Positions 9,462-19,452 of a stretch of 64,000 nucleotides of DNA are shown here, in pieces. The DNA is taken from NCBI GenBank assembly GCA_964566255.1, contig CAZMID010000002.1:30923-94922 (forward strand), read 5' to 3'. Position 1 is the stretch's first letter. Every line of letters begins with the position of its first letter. Made by a program: the position numbers and the translations under genes. The DNA comes from an uncultured Planctomycetia bacterium. Lineage in GTDB: Bacteria > Omnitrophota > Gorgyraeia > Gorgyraeales > Gorgyraeaceae. The notes under the pieces were generated by a model. It had not been told where the DNA came from and did no database searches. It was given only the letters and a program-made list of their open reading frames with translations.

Positions 9462-11549
9462 ATGAAATATAGAATTTATATATTTTTTCTTTTTATCTTT
9501 TTATTGTGTAATATTTTATATGCACAGGAATCTGCAGGGCCAGTTGAGGTCAATGGAGACGAGGTAGAGTATTTTCCAAGAGAAAAAAAGATACTAGGCG
9601 TAGGTGATATATCTATTGAATATGAGGATGCTAAGCTTACTTGCGAAAGAATAGAAGTATTTACAGATACAAAAGATGCAGAAGCAGAAGGTAATGTGGT
9701 TTTAAAGACTCCCTCAGCTGAATTAGAAGGAGAAAAGATAAAATATAATTTTGAAACTAAAAAAGGAGAGATTTTTAAAGTAAGAGTAACGTCAGCTGAA
9801 TGGCATATAGGTGGAGAAAAGGCAAAACTTTTTTCAGATGGCTCTGTACAGGTAGAAGACGGATATATAACAAGTTGCAACAAGGATAGACCTCATTACA
9901 GGATAGGTTCAAAAAAAGTATTGATATATCCAGATAATAAAGTTGTGGCAAAAAATGTTGTGCTTAAGACAGGAGCCGTTCCTCTTATGTATTTACCAAG
10001 GTATGATTATTCTTTGGATACAGACTGGCCTACTATAAACATGATACCTGGTAAAAAAAAGAAATGGGGTGCGTTTGCGCTCACAAGTTATAGATTTGAT
10101 ATAGATAAAGATAAAAAACTGAATCTCAGGATAGATGAAAGACAGAAGTGGGGATTAGGAGAAGGACTTGATTATAAGTATTTCTCCAGTGATTTTGGAG
10201 AAGGGCTTTTAAAGACCTATTATACTCATCAGCGAGATAGAGACAGGAATGAGTCTTTTAAGTCAGAAGAAGAAAGATATAGACTGCAGTTGAGGCATCG
10301 TGTAGATCTAAGTGAAAGTACTTCTGCTCTTTTAGAATGTCATAAGCAAAGTGATGTAGATATGGTAAAGGATTTCTTTTATAGAGAAGAATATGATAGA
10401 GAGTCATCACCAGAAAGTTATCTATATCTATTAGATAGTCAGCCAGAATATTCCTTGAGTGCTTTGACACGCAAAAGAGTGAATCATTTTCAAACTATTA
10501 CAGAACGTTTACCCGAAGTGAGGTTTGATTTAAAAGAGCAGAAATTATCAAAACTTCCTTTTTATTTTAAGACGGATACTATGTTTTCCAATCTGAATAA
10601 TAAAGCACTAGACGCTTCTAGTGAAGATGATCATCTGATTAGATTTGATACGTATAATAAATTAACTAGCCCCATGAATCTTTTTGGTTTTTTGAGTGCT
10701 TCCCCCTTTGTTGGTATGAGGGATACATTTTATAGCAGAAATTTAAATAGCGATGAAAGTGAATTGAGATCTAATTTTTACTCAGGCATTGACCTTAGCG
10801 CAAAATTTTTCAAGACACACGATGTTCAAGGTAGCTTTTTAGGAGTAAACTTTAATAAATTACATCATATTATTACACCGACTGTAGAATATGAATATAT
10901 CCATGAGCCATCCACGACATTTGGTAAATTTTTCCAATTTGATGATATTGATAGCATTGAGAGAAAAAGTAGCTTTACCTTAGGCCTTGAGAATAGACTT
11001 AAGACAAAGAGGTTAGTCGACGGTAAGTTAACATCGTTTGATCTTGGATATTTTTTGTTAACAGGTGATTATCTTTATAAACCTGAAAATGGTAGTCAAC
11101 TTTCGAATATAGCGGGGGATTTGCAACTTACACCTTTTGAATGGCTTGAGATAAGCTCTGATACGCAGTATGATCCTGCTACAAGAGATTTTCAAAGTTG
11201 TAATGCAGAGTTGTATATAGACAAAGACTATTGGAGGTTGGGATTTGCTTCAAGATATTGGCAGGATACAGAACACGAGCTTACATCAGAATTATTCTAT
11301 AAGGTTAATGACGAATGGTCGTTCAGATTATTTGGAAGGTATGATTTAAAAGAGGTTGAAAGCGATGGTAATAAGATAATTAATCGATTCAGCGGAAAAG
11401 AAATATCTATTATGAAAGATTTACACTGTTGGATAGCTGAGGCGAGTTTGGATATAGATAGAGATGGTGGTACGACTTTCTGGTTGGCTCTAAGACTGAA
11501 GGCATCACCTAAAGTCCCGTTTGATTTTAAAGATTATTATGCATTTTAG
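9462..11549 (+). CDS. lptD: LptD/OstA-like outer-membrane LPS-assembly protein
   Basis: Signal peptide, then an OstA/LptA-like N-terminal β-jellyroll (VEVNGDEVEYFPREKKILGVGDISIEYEDAKLTCERIEV…GNVVLK), then a long β-barrel-type C-terminal region ending in …YYAF (C-terminal Phe). The assignment rests on motifs only. Confidence 0.55.
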   Translation: MKYRIYIFFLFIFLLCNILYAQESAGPVEVNGDEVEYFPREKKILGVGDISIEYEDAKLTCERIEVFTDTKDAEAEGNVVLKTPSAELEGEKIKYNFETKKGEIFKVRVTSAEWHIGGEKAKLFSDGSVQVEDGYITSCNKDRPHYRIGSKKVLIYPDNKVVAKNVVLKTGAVPLMYLPRYDYSLDTDWPTINMIPGKKKKWGAFALTSYRFDIDKDKKLNLRIDERQKWGLGEGLDYKYFSSDFGEGLLKTYYTHQRDRDRNESFKSEEERYRLQLRHRVDLSESTSALLECHKQSDVDMVKDFFYREEYDRESSPESYLYLLDSQPEYSLSALTRKRVNHFQTITERLPEVRFDLKEQKLSKLPFYFKTDTMFSNLNNKALDASSEDDHLIRFDTYNKLTSPMNLFGFLSASPFVGMRDTFYSRNLNSDESELRSNFYSGIDLSAKFFKTHDVQGSFLGVNFNKLHHIITPTVEYEYIHEPSTTFGKFFQFDDIDSIERKSSFTLGLENRLKTKRLVDGKLTSFDLGYFLLTGDYLYKPENGSQLSNIAGDLQLTPFEWLEISSDTQYDPATRDFQSCNAELYIDKDYWRLGFASRYWQDTEHELTSELFYKVNDEWSFRLFGRYDLKEVESDGNKIINRFSGKEISIMKDLHCWIAEASLDIDRDGGTTFWLALRLKASPKVPFDFKDYYAF

Positions 11550-11558
11550 GGAGATATC

Positions 11559-12848
11559 ATGAATGTTTGCATAATTGGCGCAGGTTATGTAGGTTTAGTT
11601 ACGGGAGCATGTTTTTCTGAGCTGGGGCATAAGGTTATCTGTGTTGATAATGACAAAAAAAAGATAGAGATGCTAAAGAAGCTGAAAGTCCCTTTTTATG
11701 AAAATGGCCTTGAAGATATGATAAAAAGAAATGTAAAAGAGAATAGGCTTTCTTTTTCATCCAGCATAAAGGAAGGCGTAAAGAAATCTCTTATTATTTT
11801 TATATGCGTTGGTACACCTCCCATGCCCAATGGAGAAGCAGATCTTTCTTCAGTAGAACATGTTGCAGGACAGGTCGCAAAAGATATGTCTAGTTATCGG
11901 CTTATAGTTGAAAAAAGCACTGTTCCGGTTGAAACAGGCAGATGGATAGAGCATACAGTAAAGCTGAATATTAAGAAAAAGGTAAAATTTGATGTAGCAT
12001 CTAATCCTGAATTTTTAAGGGAAGGTTCGGCAATAGAGGATTTTTTGCATGCTGATAGAATTGTAATAGGCGTTGAATCAAATAAAGCAAAAAAGATGCT
12101 TCTGGAATTATACAGAAATATTGATACAGAATTTGTAGTAACTGATATAAAAAGTGCAGAGCTCATAAAGCATGCTTCAAATTCGTTTCTTGCAACAAAG
12201 GTTTCTTTTATAAATTCAGTTGCTAATATATGTGAGCGGACAGGCGCAGATATTGCTAAAGTAGCACATGGATTAGGGCTTGATGGGAGGATAGGGAAGG
12301 ATTTTTTAAAGAGTGGCATAGGATATGGCGGATTTTGTTTTCCGAAAGATTTAGACGCCTTTATACATATATCTGGCAAGTTAGGTTATGACTTTTCGAT
12401 TCTAAAGGCGGTAAGAAAGGTGAATGAAGAACAAAAGGCCTTATTTGTAAGAAAGGTTGAGGAAGCATTATGGGTTATAAAGGGGAAAACTATAGGGATT
12501 TTAGGTCTGTCTTTTAAGCCAAATACTGACGATATGAGATTTGCACCCTCGATAGATATAATAAATTCTTTAAAGAAAGATGGTGCTAAAATAAAGGCAT
12601 ACGATCCTCAGGCAATGGAAAATGCAAAATCTATTTTAAAAGGAGTTACTTTTTGTAAAGGTGTATATGATACAGCTAAAAATAGTGATACCCTTCTTAT
12701 ATTAACAGAGTGGCATGAATTTGAGGTTATAGATCTTGGACGCATAAAGAAACTTCTTAATAAACCTTTGATTATAGATGGAAGAAATATCTTTGATCCA
12801 GAAAAGATGAAAAAGCTTGGATTCAAGTATATTTCTATAGGGAGATAG
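11559..12848 (+). CDS. ugd: UDP-glucose 6-dehydrogenase (nucleotide-sugar dehydrogenase family)
   Basis: N-terminal Rossmann motif MNVCIIGAGYVGLVTGACFSELGHKV. Catalytic Cys region GGFCFPKD. Length and domain order match the UDP-glucose/GDP-mannose dehydrogenase family. Confidence 0.82.
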   Translation: MNVCIIGAGYVGLVTGACFSELGHKVICVDNDKKKIEMLKKLKVPFYENGLEDMIKRNVKENRLSFSSSIKEGVKKSLIIFICVGTPPMPNGEADLSSVEHVAGQVAKDMSSYRLIVEKSTVPVETGRWIEHTVKLNIKKKVKFDVASNPEFLREGSAIEDFLHADRIVIGVESNKAKKMLLELYRNIDTEFVVTDIKSAELIKHASNSFLATKVSFINSVANICERTGADIAKVAHGLGLDGRIGKDFLKSGIGYGGFCFPKDLDAFIHISGKLGYDFSILKAVRKVNEEQKALFVRKVEEALWVIKGKTIGILGLSFKPNTDDMRFAPSIDIINSLKKDGAKIKAYDPQAMENAKSILKGVTFCKGVYDTAKNSDTLLILTEWHEFEVIDLGRIKKLLNKPLIIDGRNIFDPEKMKKLGFKYISIGR

Positions 12849-12852
12849 GAAT

Positions 12853-13314
12853 ATGATAAAACATGTTCAGGTAAAAAAACTAAAGCTGATTCCTGACGAT
12901 CGTGGAAGATTGATGGAGATTCTTCGTTCAGACGAAAAGATGTTTCAGAATTTTGGCCAGGTATATATGACAACTGCATATCCTGGTATAGTAAAGGCAT
13001 GGCATTATCATAAAAAACAAGATGATTTTTTTACCTGCATATCTGGAACTATGCAACTTGCACTTTATGATGCCCGAGAGGGTTCAACTACGCATAAAGA
13101 GGTAAATGGTTTTATTATTAATCTTGAGAATCCTATTTTAGTAAGGATTCCGAAAGGTGTATATCATGGTTTTAAGTGTGTCGGGAACAAGGAAGCAGTG
13201 GTAATAAATGTTCCTACATTAGCATATAATCACACTGAACCCGACGAGTATCGTGTAGATGCATTTACTAATGATATACCGTATGACTGGAAGAAGGAGT
13301 ATAAAACACAATGA
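12853..13314 (+). CDS. RmlC-like cupin (dTDP-4-dehydrorhamnose 3,5-epimerase family or related 3,4-ketoisomerase)
   Basis: DDRGRLMEI…WHYHKKQDD and the C-terminal YRVDAFTNDIPYDW align with the RmlC motifs DERGFF…HYQ and RGIKWDDPDLNISWP. The gene is overlapped by rmlA-like and rmlB genes. Confidence 0.55.
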   Translation: MIKHVQVKKLKLIPDDRGRLMEILRSDEKMFQNFGQVYMTTAYPGIVKAWHYHKKQDDFFTCISGTMQLALYDAREGSTTHKEVNGFIINLENPILVRIPKGVYHGFKCVGNKEAVVINVPTLAYNHTEPDEYRVDAFTNDIPYDWKKEYKTQ

Positions 13315-14036
13315 AAGGTATTATATTAGCAGGTGGATTAGGAAAAAGACTCGAACCTTTGACTAGGATAACAAATAAACATCTTTTACCTGTTTATAAT
13401 AAGCCAATGATATTTTATCCTATTCAGACTCTTGTAGATGCTGGCATAGAGGATATTCTTATTGTTACTGGTGGAAGTCATGCAGGTGGGTTTCTTCGAC
13501 TTTTAGGAAATGGCAGCGAGTTTGGCTTAAAACATATAAATTATACTTATCAAAAAGGAGAAGGCGGGATTGCAGAGGCTTTAGGCTTAGCAGAGCATTT
13601 TGCAGATAATGATAAAACAGTTGTTGTTCTTGGAGATAATATTATTGAAAAATCTATTAAAGAATATGTAGACGATTTTATAAAACAGCCAAAAGGTGCA
13701 AAGGTTTTACTTAAAGAAGTAGATGATCCTGAAAGATTTGGAGTAGCAGAGGTAGAGGGCGATAAGATTTTAAAAATAGTAGAAAAACCAAAGGTACCCA
13801 AGTCAAAATATGCTGTTACGGGGATTTATATGTATGATGGAAGAGTTTTTGACATAATAAAGACATTAAAGCCATCTGATAGAGGAGAGCTTGAAATTAC
13901 GGATGTAAATAATGATTATATATCTAAAAGAGAAATGAGCTTTTCTGTATTAGATGGTTGGTGGTCGGATTGTGGTACTCATGAATCATTATTAAATGCA
14001 AGTAATCTTGTTGAAGAAAAGGAGCATTCCAAATGA
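13311..14036 (+). CDS. Sugar-1-phosphate nucleotidyltransferase, RmlA-like short form (glucose-1-phosphate thymidylyltransferase-like)
   Basis: MKGIILAGGLGKRLEPLTRITNKHLLPVYNKPMIFYPIQTL closely matches the RmlA N-terminus (GGSGTRLYPIT…KQLLPIYDKPMIYYPL). Confidence 0.72.
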   Translation: MKGIILAGGLGKRLEPLTRITNKHLLPVYNKPMIFYPIQTLVDAGIEDILIVTGGSHAGGFLRLLGNGSEFGLKHINYTYQKGEGGIAEALGLAEHFADNDKTVVVLGDNIIEKSIKEYVDDFIKQPKGAKVLLKEVDDPERFGVAEVEGDKILKIVEKPKVPKSKYAVTGIYMYDGRVFDIIKTLKPSDRGELEITDVNNDYISKREMSFSVLDGWWSDCGTHESLLNASNLVEEKEHSK

Positions 14037-14986
14037 AGCTTCTTATTACAGGTGGTTGTGGTTTTATAGGCTCTAATTTTGCGCGGTATATTCTGGATAA
14101 ATATTCAAACTATAAAATCATAAACCTCGACAAGCTTACCTACTGTGGCTGTCTGGAGAATCTAAAAGATATCGAGAACAACGAACATTATACTTTTGTG
14201 AAGGGTGATATTTGTGACGGAAAACTCGTTAATACTCTTACAAAGGAATGCGATGTAATAATTAATTTTGCTGCAGAAAGTCATGTAGACAGATCTATCG
14301 AAAACGCAGCTTCTTTTATATCTACTAATGTTGAAGGTGTGCGCGTTCTTTTAGATGCAGCAAAGAAAAATAAAGTTAGAAGAATTATTCAGATAAGTAC
14401 AGACGAAGTATATGGAAGCACACAAAAGGGCTCTTTTAGAGAGGATAGCCTACTTCATCCAAATAGTCCGTATGCAGCTTCTAAGGCGGGAGGAGATCAT
14501 TTAGCATTGGCATATTATACTACTTTTAAAGCCCCTGTTATTATTACAAGAAGCAGTAATAATTTTGGGCCATATCAGTTTCCAGAAAAGGTTATACCTC
14601 TTTTTATTACAAATCTGTTGGAGAATAAAAGAATACCCCTTTACGGAGATGGTTTAAATGTTCGCGATTGGTTGTATGTAATGGATAATTGCAGTGCCAT
14701 AGATGTTGTTTTACATGAAGGTAAAATAGGAGAAATTTATAATATAGGTGGAAGTTATGAAATACCGAATATAGAACTTACACATATAATATTGAATCTC
14801 TTAGGTAAGGACGATAAAATGATAGAATATGTCCCTGATAGATTGGGTCACGATAGAAGATATTCTTTAGATTCTAAAAAGATAATGCAACTAGGTTGGA
14901 GCCCAAGTGAAAGTTTCGATAAAGCGATAGAGAAAACTATAGGATGGTATAAAAACAATAAATCATGGTGGAAAGGAATTAAATGA
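14033..14986 (+). CDS. rmlB: dTDP-glucose 4,6-dehydratase
   Basis: MKLLITGGCGFIGSNF…, a YxxxK catalytic motif (YAASK) and extended-SDR dehydratase features. It is adjacent to the rmlA-like and rmlC-like genes. Confidence 0.85.
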   Translation: MKLLITGGCGFIGSNFARYILDKYSNYKIINLDKLTYCGCLENLKDIENNEHYTFVKGDICDGKLVNTLTKECDVIINFAAESHVDRSIENAASFISTNVEGVRVLLDAAKKNKVRRIIQISTDEVYGSTQKGSFREDSLLHPNSPYAASKAGGDHLALAYYTTFKAPVIITRSSNNFGPYQFPEKVIPLFITNLLENKRIPLYGDGLNVRDWLYVMDNCSAIDVVLHEGKIGEIYNIGGSYEIPNIELTHIILNLLGKDDKMIEYVPDRLGHDRRYSLDSKKIMQLGWSPSESFDKAIEKTIGWYKNNKSWWKGIK

Positions 14987-16287
14987 TAAATCAGTTGAAA
15001 TCGAAAATAGAAAATAAAGAGTCTAAAATTGGCATAATAGGTCTTGGTTATGTAGGACTTCCTTTGGCAGTAGAATTTTCAAAGGTAGGTTTTAGCGTAA
15101 CAGGATTTGATATTAATAAAAATAGAATTTTTCAGATAAACGGAGGATCTTCATATATCCTTGATGTATTATCAAAGGATGTAAAAGATTTGGTGTCATC
15201 CAATAGATTAATAGCTACAAACGACAAAGACTTATTGAAAGGAATGGATATTATTGTAATATGCGTTCCCACACCTCTTCGTAAAACTAAAGAACCAGAT
15301 ATATCATTTATTCTTTCAGCAGCAGAAGATATTGTCGCTAACTTGAGAAAAGGACAGCTTGTAGTCCTCGAGAGTACAACCTATCCAGGTACGACAGATG
15401 AGGTAATACTTTCTAAGTTAGGAGCAGATAGCTTGAAGGTTGGAAAAGATTTTTTCCTGGCTTTTTCTCCTGAAAGAGTAGATCCAGGAAACCCAAAATA
15501 TAAAACAAAAGACATTCCAAAGGTAGTAGGAGGAGTTACTAGTAACTGTACTGAGCTTACTAAACTTTTATATTCTCAGATAATAGAAAAAGTAATTCCT
15601 GTTTCGAGTACTCGTTCTGCGGAAATGGTAAAACTTCTAGAGAATACTTTTAGAAGTGTAAATATAGGTCTTATAAATGAGATAGCCCTTATGTGCAATA
15701 AGATGAATCTTGATATATGGGAAATTATAGACGCTGCTAAGACAAAGCCGTTTGGTTTTATGCCGTTTTATCCTGGACCAGGGCTCGGTGGACATTGCCT
15801 TCCATCTGATCCTATTTATCTTTCCTGGAAAGCAAGGACGCATGGCTTTGAGGCGAGACTGGTAGAACTTGCGGCAGAGGTAAATTCATATATGCCTCAT
15901 TATGTAGTTGATAGAATAGTAGAAACTTTAAATGAACAAAAGAAGGCGCTTAAGGATTCAAAAATTCTTGCCATAGGGGTTACGTATAAAAAAGATATTA
16001 ACGATATGAGAGAATCTCCTGCGCTTACAATAATCAATTCGCTTATTGAAAAAGAAGCACATGTTCAATACCACGATCCCTTGGTATCAAGGTTTAAGGT
16101 AGATGGTTTAAAGTTAGATTCTGTAAAATTGACAAAAGAAAATATTTCATCAAGCGACTGTGTTGTAATTGTGACCGATCATTCAACTTTAGACTATAAA
16201 TTAATAGTGGAAAATGCGAATTTGATACTTGATACGCGCAATGTTTTAACTGCTTTTAAAGGCAATAAAAATATAATAACTTTATAA
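14983..16287 (+). CDS. UDP-N-acetyl-D-hexosamine 6-dehydrogenase (WbpA/TviB/WecC-type nucleotide-sugar dehydrogenase)
   Basis: N-terminal KIGIIGLGYVGLPLAVEF and catalytic GPGLGGHCLPSDP. It is 434 aa and paired with a C4-epimerase gene, as in TviB/TviC and WbpO/WbpP. Confidence 0.72.
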   Translation: MINQLKSKIENKESKIGIIGLGYVGLPLAVEFSKVGFSVTGFDINKNRIFQINGGSSYILDVLSKDVKDLVSSNRLIATNDKDLLKGMDIIVICVPTPLRKTKEPDISFILSAAEDIVANLRKGQLVVLESTTYPGTTDEVILSKLGADSLKVGKDFFLAFSPERVDPGNPKYKTKDIPKVVGGVTSNCTELTKLLYSQIIEKVIPVSSTRSAEMVKLLENTFRSVNIGLINEIALMCNKMNLDIWEIIDAAKTKPFGFMPFYPGPGLGGHCLPSDPIYLSWKARTHGFEARLVELAAEVNSYMPHYVVDRIVETLNEQKKALKDSKILAIGVTYKKDINDMRESPALTIINSLIEKEAHVQYHDPLVSRFKVDGLKLDSVKLTKENISSSDCVVIVTDHSTLDYKLIVENANLILDTRNVLTAFKGNKNIITL

Positions 16288-16300
16288 AGGAAGACATGTC

Positions 16301-17263
16301 ATGAAATTTTTAGTTACAGGCGGTGCAGGTTTTATAGGTTCGCATATAGTCGATGCCCTTGTAAGAAATGGTGACAAGGTAAAGGTTATCGACGATTTTA
16401 GTTCAGGCAGGCGTGAAAACTTAGAAAGTATAATACATAAAATAGAGCTTTTTAAGGGAGACATAAGAGATGTAGATTTAGTTTTTAAAATTATGCAGGA
16501 TGTAGATTATGTTTTACACCAGGCAGCATTGAGGAGTGTTCCTAAATCTCTTGTCAAACCAGAGCTTTATAATGATGTGAATATAAATGGGACATTAAAT
16601 ATTTTAAATTCGGCAAAAGATAATAAGGTAAAACGCGTAGTTTTTGCCTCTTCAAGTTCTGTTTATGGGAATGTAGACAAATTACCCGAAAAGGAAGATT
16701 TTTATCCACAGCCTATCTCTCCGTATGCGCTTACTAAATTAGCTGGTGAATATTATTGTAGGATTTTTAGCGAGATTTACCACCTTGAAACAGCAAGCCT
16801 TAGGTATTTTAATGTTTTTGGACCTAGACAAAACCTAGATAATGAGTATGCTGTTGTAATCCCTAAGTTTATAACGTGCATGCTTAAAGGCGAATCACCT
16901 CCGGTTCATGGAGATGGAAAGCAGACCCGTGATTTTACTTATGTAGAAAATATAGTTCAAGGTAATATAAAAGCTGCTTCCGCATCTAGCATAGAGAAAA
17001 GTGAAGTTTTTAATATTGCTTGTGGTAAGGCCTATAGCATTTTAGACATAGTTAAATATGTAAATAAAATTCTTAATAAAGAAATAAAACCTGAATTTAC
17101 TTCACAGCGCTTAGGAGATGTGAGATATACTTTGGCAGATATTGAAAAAGCAAGAAAGCTTATTAAGTTCGATCCTAAGATTAATTTTGAAGAGGGACTT
17201 GTGAGGACTGTAGAATATTTTAAAACTGAGATTGAAAAGACAATAACGGAGAAGACAAGATGA
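16301..17263 (+). CDS. NAD-dependent UDP-sugar 4-epimerase (TviC/WbpP-like)
   Basis: MKFLVTGGAGFIGSH… and a YALTK catalytic YxxxK. 320 aa. Immediately downstream of the UDP-HexNAc dehydrogenase. Confidence 0.72.
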   Translation: MKFLVTGGAGFIGSHIVDALVRNGDKVKVIDDFSSGRRENLESIIHKIELFKGDIRDVDLVFKIMQDVDYVLHQAALRSVPKSLVKPELYNDVNINGTLNILNSAKDNKVKRVVFASSSSVYGNVDKLPEKEDFYPQPISPYALTKLAGEYYCRIFSEIYHLETASLRYFNVFGPRQNLDNEYAVVIPKFITCMLKGESPPVHGDGKQTRDFTYVENIVQGNIKAASASSIEKSEVFNIACGKAYSILDIVKYVNKILNKEIKPEFTSQRLGDVRYTLADIEKARKLIKFDPKINFEEGLVRTVEYFKTEIEKTITEKTR

Positions 17264-18258
17264 AAAGAGCCTTAATAACAGGTATTACAGGTCAAGATGG
17301 AGCATATTTGTCGAAATTGCTATTAGAAAAAGGCTATGAAGTGCATGGAATTGTCAGGCGTGTGGCACTCGAAGACCCTGAACACCGGTTGTGGCGCATA
17401 AGACCTATTTTAAAAAGAATAGTTCTGCATGCCGGTTCTTTAGAAAGCTACGCTAGCTTATTTAATATTGTAGAAAAAGTAAAACCGGATGAATGCTATC
17501 ATCTTGCAGCGCAGAGTTTTGTGAGTTATTCTTTTGAAGATGAATTTTCTACTATCAATACTAATATTAATGGTACTCATTATATGCTGTCATCAGTAAA
17601 ACATAAGGCCCCAAAATGCAAGTTTTATTTTGCTGGTAGTTCAGAAATGTTCGGACTAGTTAGAGAAAGTCCACAGAATGAAAATACTCCGTTTTATCCT
17701 CGTTCCACTTATGGGATTTCCAAGGTGGCTGGTTTTGAGCTGACTCGTAATTATCGTGAGGCTTATAATATGTTTGCCTGCAGTGGAATACTTTTTAATC
17801 ACGAGTCTCCTATGAGAGGTTATGAATTTGTTTCCCGAAAGATAACCAGTGGAGTAGCCAAGATAAAAGCCGGTATTAGGAAAGAATTAAAGCTTGGAAA
17901 TCTTGAAGCAAGGAGGGACTGGGGATTTGCTGGGGATTACGTAGAAGCGATGCATGTTATGCTTCAGCAGGATGTCCCAGATGATTATGTTATTGCTACA
18001 GGTGAGACGCATACAGTTAAAGAATTCGTTGAAGCAGCTTTTAAACATGTTGGGCTTAATTGGAAGGATTATGTTATTATAGATAATAATCTATACAGGC
18101 CTTCCGAAGTGCATGAACTTAGAGGAGATTTTAGAAAGGCTAATGAGATACTAGGATGGCATCCAACAGTCAAATTCGAAAATTTAATTAAGATGATGAT
18201 AGAGGAAGATCTAAGGGCTCTAGATGTGCATTCTTCATCGAAAGAGATAGCGTCCTAA
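17260..18258 (+). CDS. gmd: GDP-mannose 4,6-dehydratase
   Basis: MKRALITGITGQDGAYLSKLLLEKGYEVHGIVRR is almost identical in pattern to the E. coli Gmd N-terminus. The remainder is full length. Confidence 0.9.
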   Translation: MKRALITGITGQDGAYLSKLLLEKGYEVHGIVRRVALEDPEHRLWRIRPILKRIVLHAGSLESYASLFNIVEKVKPDECYHLAAQSFVSYSFEDEFSTINTNINGTHYMLSSVKHKAPKCKFYFAGSSEMFGLVRESPQNENTPFYPRSTYGISKVAGFELTRNYREAYNMFACSGILFNHESPMRGYEFVSRKITSGVAKIKAGIRKELKLGNLEARRDWGFAGDYVEAMHVMLQQDVPDDYVIATGETHTVKEFVEAAFKHVGLNWKDYVIIDNNLYRPSEVHELRGDFRKANEILGWHPTVKFENLIKMMIEEDLRALDVHSSSKEIAS

Positions 18259-18291
18259 TTACCAAAAAGTATATATTTTTGATATTACTAA

Positions 18292-18390
18292 GATTTCCAA
18301 GGTGCTAATTGGAAGCCTATCTTAACTCCTGAGAATGGCCTTGAGAAGTTAATAGAGTTAGTAGAAGCTGACATTGAATATTCCATATAG
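18292..18390 (+). pseudogene. 33-codon remnant resembling the C-terminus of GDP-mannose 4,6-dehydratase/NAD-epimerases (no start codon)
   Basis: In-frame translation gives DFQGANWKPILTPENGLEKLIELVEADIEYSI*. This resembles the Gmd C-terminal consensus …GWKPEVSFEELVREMVEADLE…. It starts directly after a TAA and ends in TAG. It lies in the 258-nt gap downstream of the intact gmd. Confidence 0.3.
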
Positions 18391-18441
18391 CTGCTATATT
18401 CCTTCCTAGGTATTAATTTAATACTAGCATATAAAATTATA

Positions 18442-18470
18442 TTGACCTTTCCTTTTATTTCTTTTATAAT
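18442..18470 (+). promoter_or_regulatory. Consensus σ70-type promoter (TTGACC-N17-TATAAT) upstream of uxs
   Basis: ttgacc at 18442-18447, a 17-nt spacer, then tataat at 18465-18470. The region is AT-rich. GGAGG sits 5 nt before the GTG start at 18517. Confidence 0.5.
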
Positions 18471-18516
18471 TATAGAACGTCCCTACCTAATATATTGTAT
18501 ATAATATGGAGGATAT

Positions 18517-19452
18517 GTGGTCAAGAGAGCATTAATAACAGGCGGAGCAGGTTTTCTCGGTTCTCACCTTTGTGATCAGTTCATAAAAGAAGATTATAAG
18601 GTTATCTGTTTGGATAGCCTTATAACAGGTAACATGTCAAATATTCATCATCTTAATAAAAATCCAAAATTTCAATTTATAAAACACGATGTCTCAAACT
18701 ATATAAATATTGATGGAGACATAGATATTGTTTTACATTTTGCATCTCCTGCAAGCCCTATAGATTATCTAAATTATCCAATAGAAACTCTCAAGGTTGG
18801 TTCCTTGGGTACTCATAATGCGCTTGGCCTTGCGAAGAAAAAAAAGGCCAAGTTTTTACTTGCCTCCACCTCAGAAATCTATGGAGATCCAGAGGTACAT
18901 CCTCAGCCAGAGACATATTATGGGCATGTAAATTGTATTGGTCCACGTAGTGTTTATGATGAGGCAAAGCGCTTTGCAGAGGCAATAACCATGGCTTACC
19001 ATAAGGCCTGCGGCCTTAGTACATATATAGTACGTATATTTAATACATATGGCGCCCGGATGAGAAAAGAAGATGGTAGAGCCATACCTAATTTTATAGG
19101 TCAGGCATTAAAAAATGAACCTATAACAGTTTATGGTAAGGGGGCTCAAACCAGGAGTTTTTGCTATGTAACTGATCTTATAGAAGGAATTTATTTATTG
19201 AGCGAGTCTAATGTTCATGAACCTATAAATCTTGGCAATACAGATGAGATAAAAATCCTTGACCTAGCTAAGAAGATCATCGAGCTTACCAAGACTAAAA
19301 GCAAGATAATTTATAAGGGTCTTCCAAAAGATGATCCAAGATTAAGACAACCTGATATAACAAATGCGAGAAAACTTCTTAACTGGAAGCCAAAAGTTGA
19401 CCTAGGGCAAGGATTGAAAGAGACTATAACGTGGTTCGCCGAATTGGGATAA
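18517..19452 (+). CDS. uxs: UDP-glucuronate decarboxylase (UDP-xylose synthase)
   Basis: [42 protein letters not shown] matches the UXS signature ([17 protein letters not shown]…GHVNPIGPR…YDEGKR). The GTG start is taken from the ORF track. Confidence 0.82.
   Translation: MVKRALITGGAGFLGSHLCDQFIKEDYKVICLDSLITGNMSNIHHLNKNPKFQFIKHDVSNYINIDGDIDIVLHFASPASPIDYLNYPIETLKVGSLGTHNALGLAKKKKAKFLLASTSEIYGDPEVHPQPETYYGHVNCIGPRSVYDEAKRFAEAITMAYHKACGLSTYIVRIFNTYGARMRKEDGRAIPNFIGQALKNEPITVYGKGAQTRSFCYVTDLIEGIYLLSESNVHEPINLGNTDEIKILDLAKKIIELTKTKSKIIYKGLPKDDPRLRQPDITNARKLLNWKPKVDLGQGLKETITWFAELG

Noticed and set aside
9462-11549. Calling the 695-aa OMP a TamA/BamA-type protein instead of LptD
   Set aside because: No POTRA-like repeats are recognisable. 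The N-terminus looks like an OstA/LptA β-jellyroll. Confidence in LptD is kept moderate.
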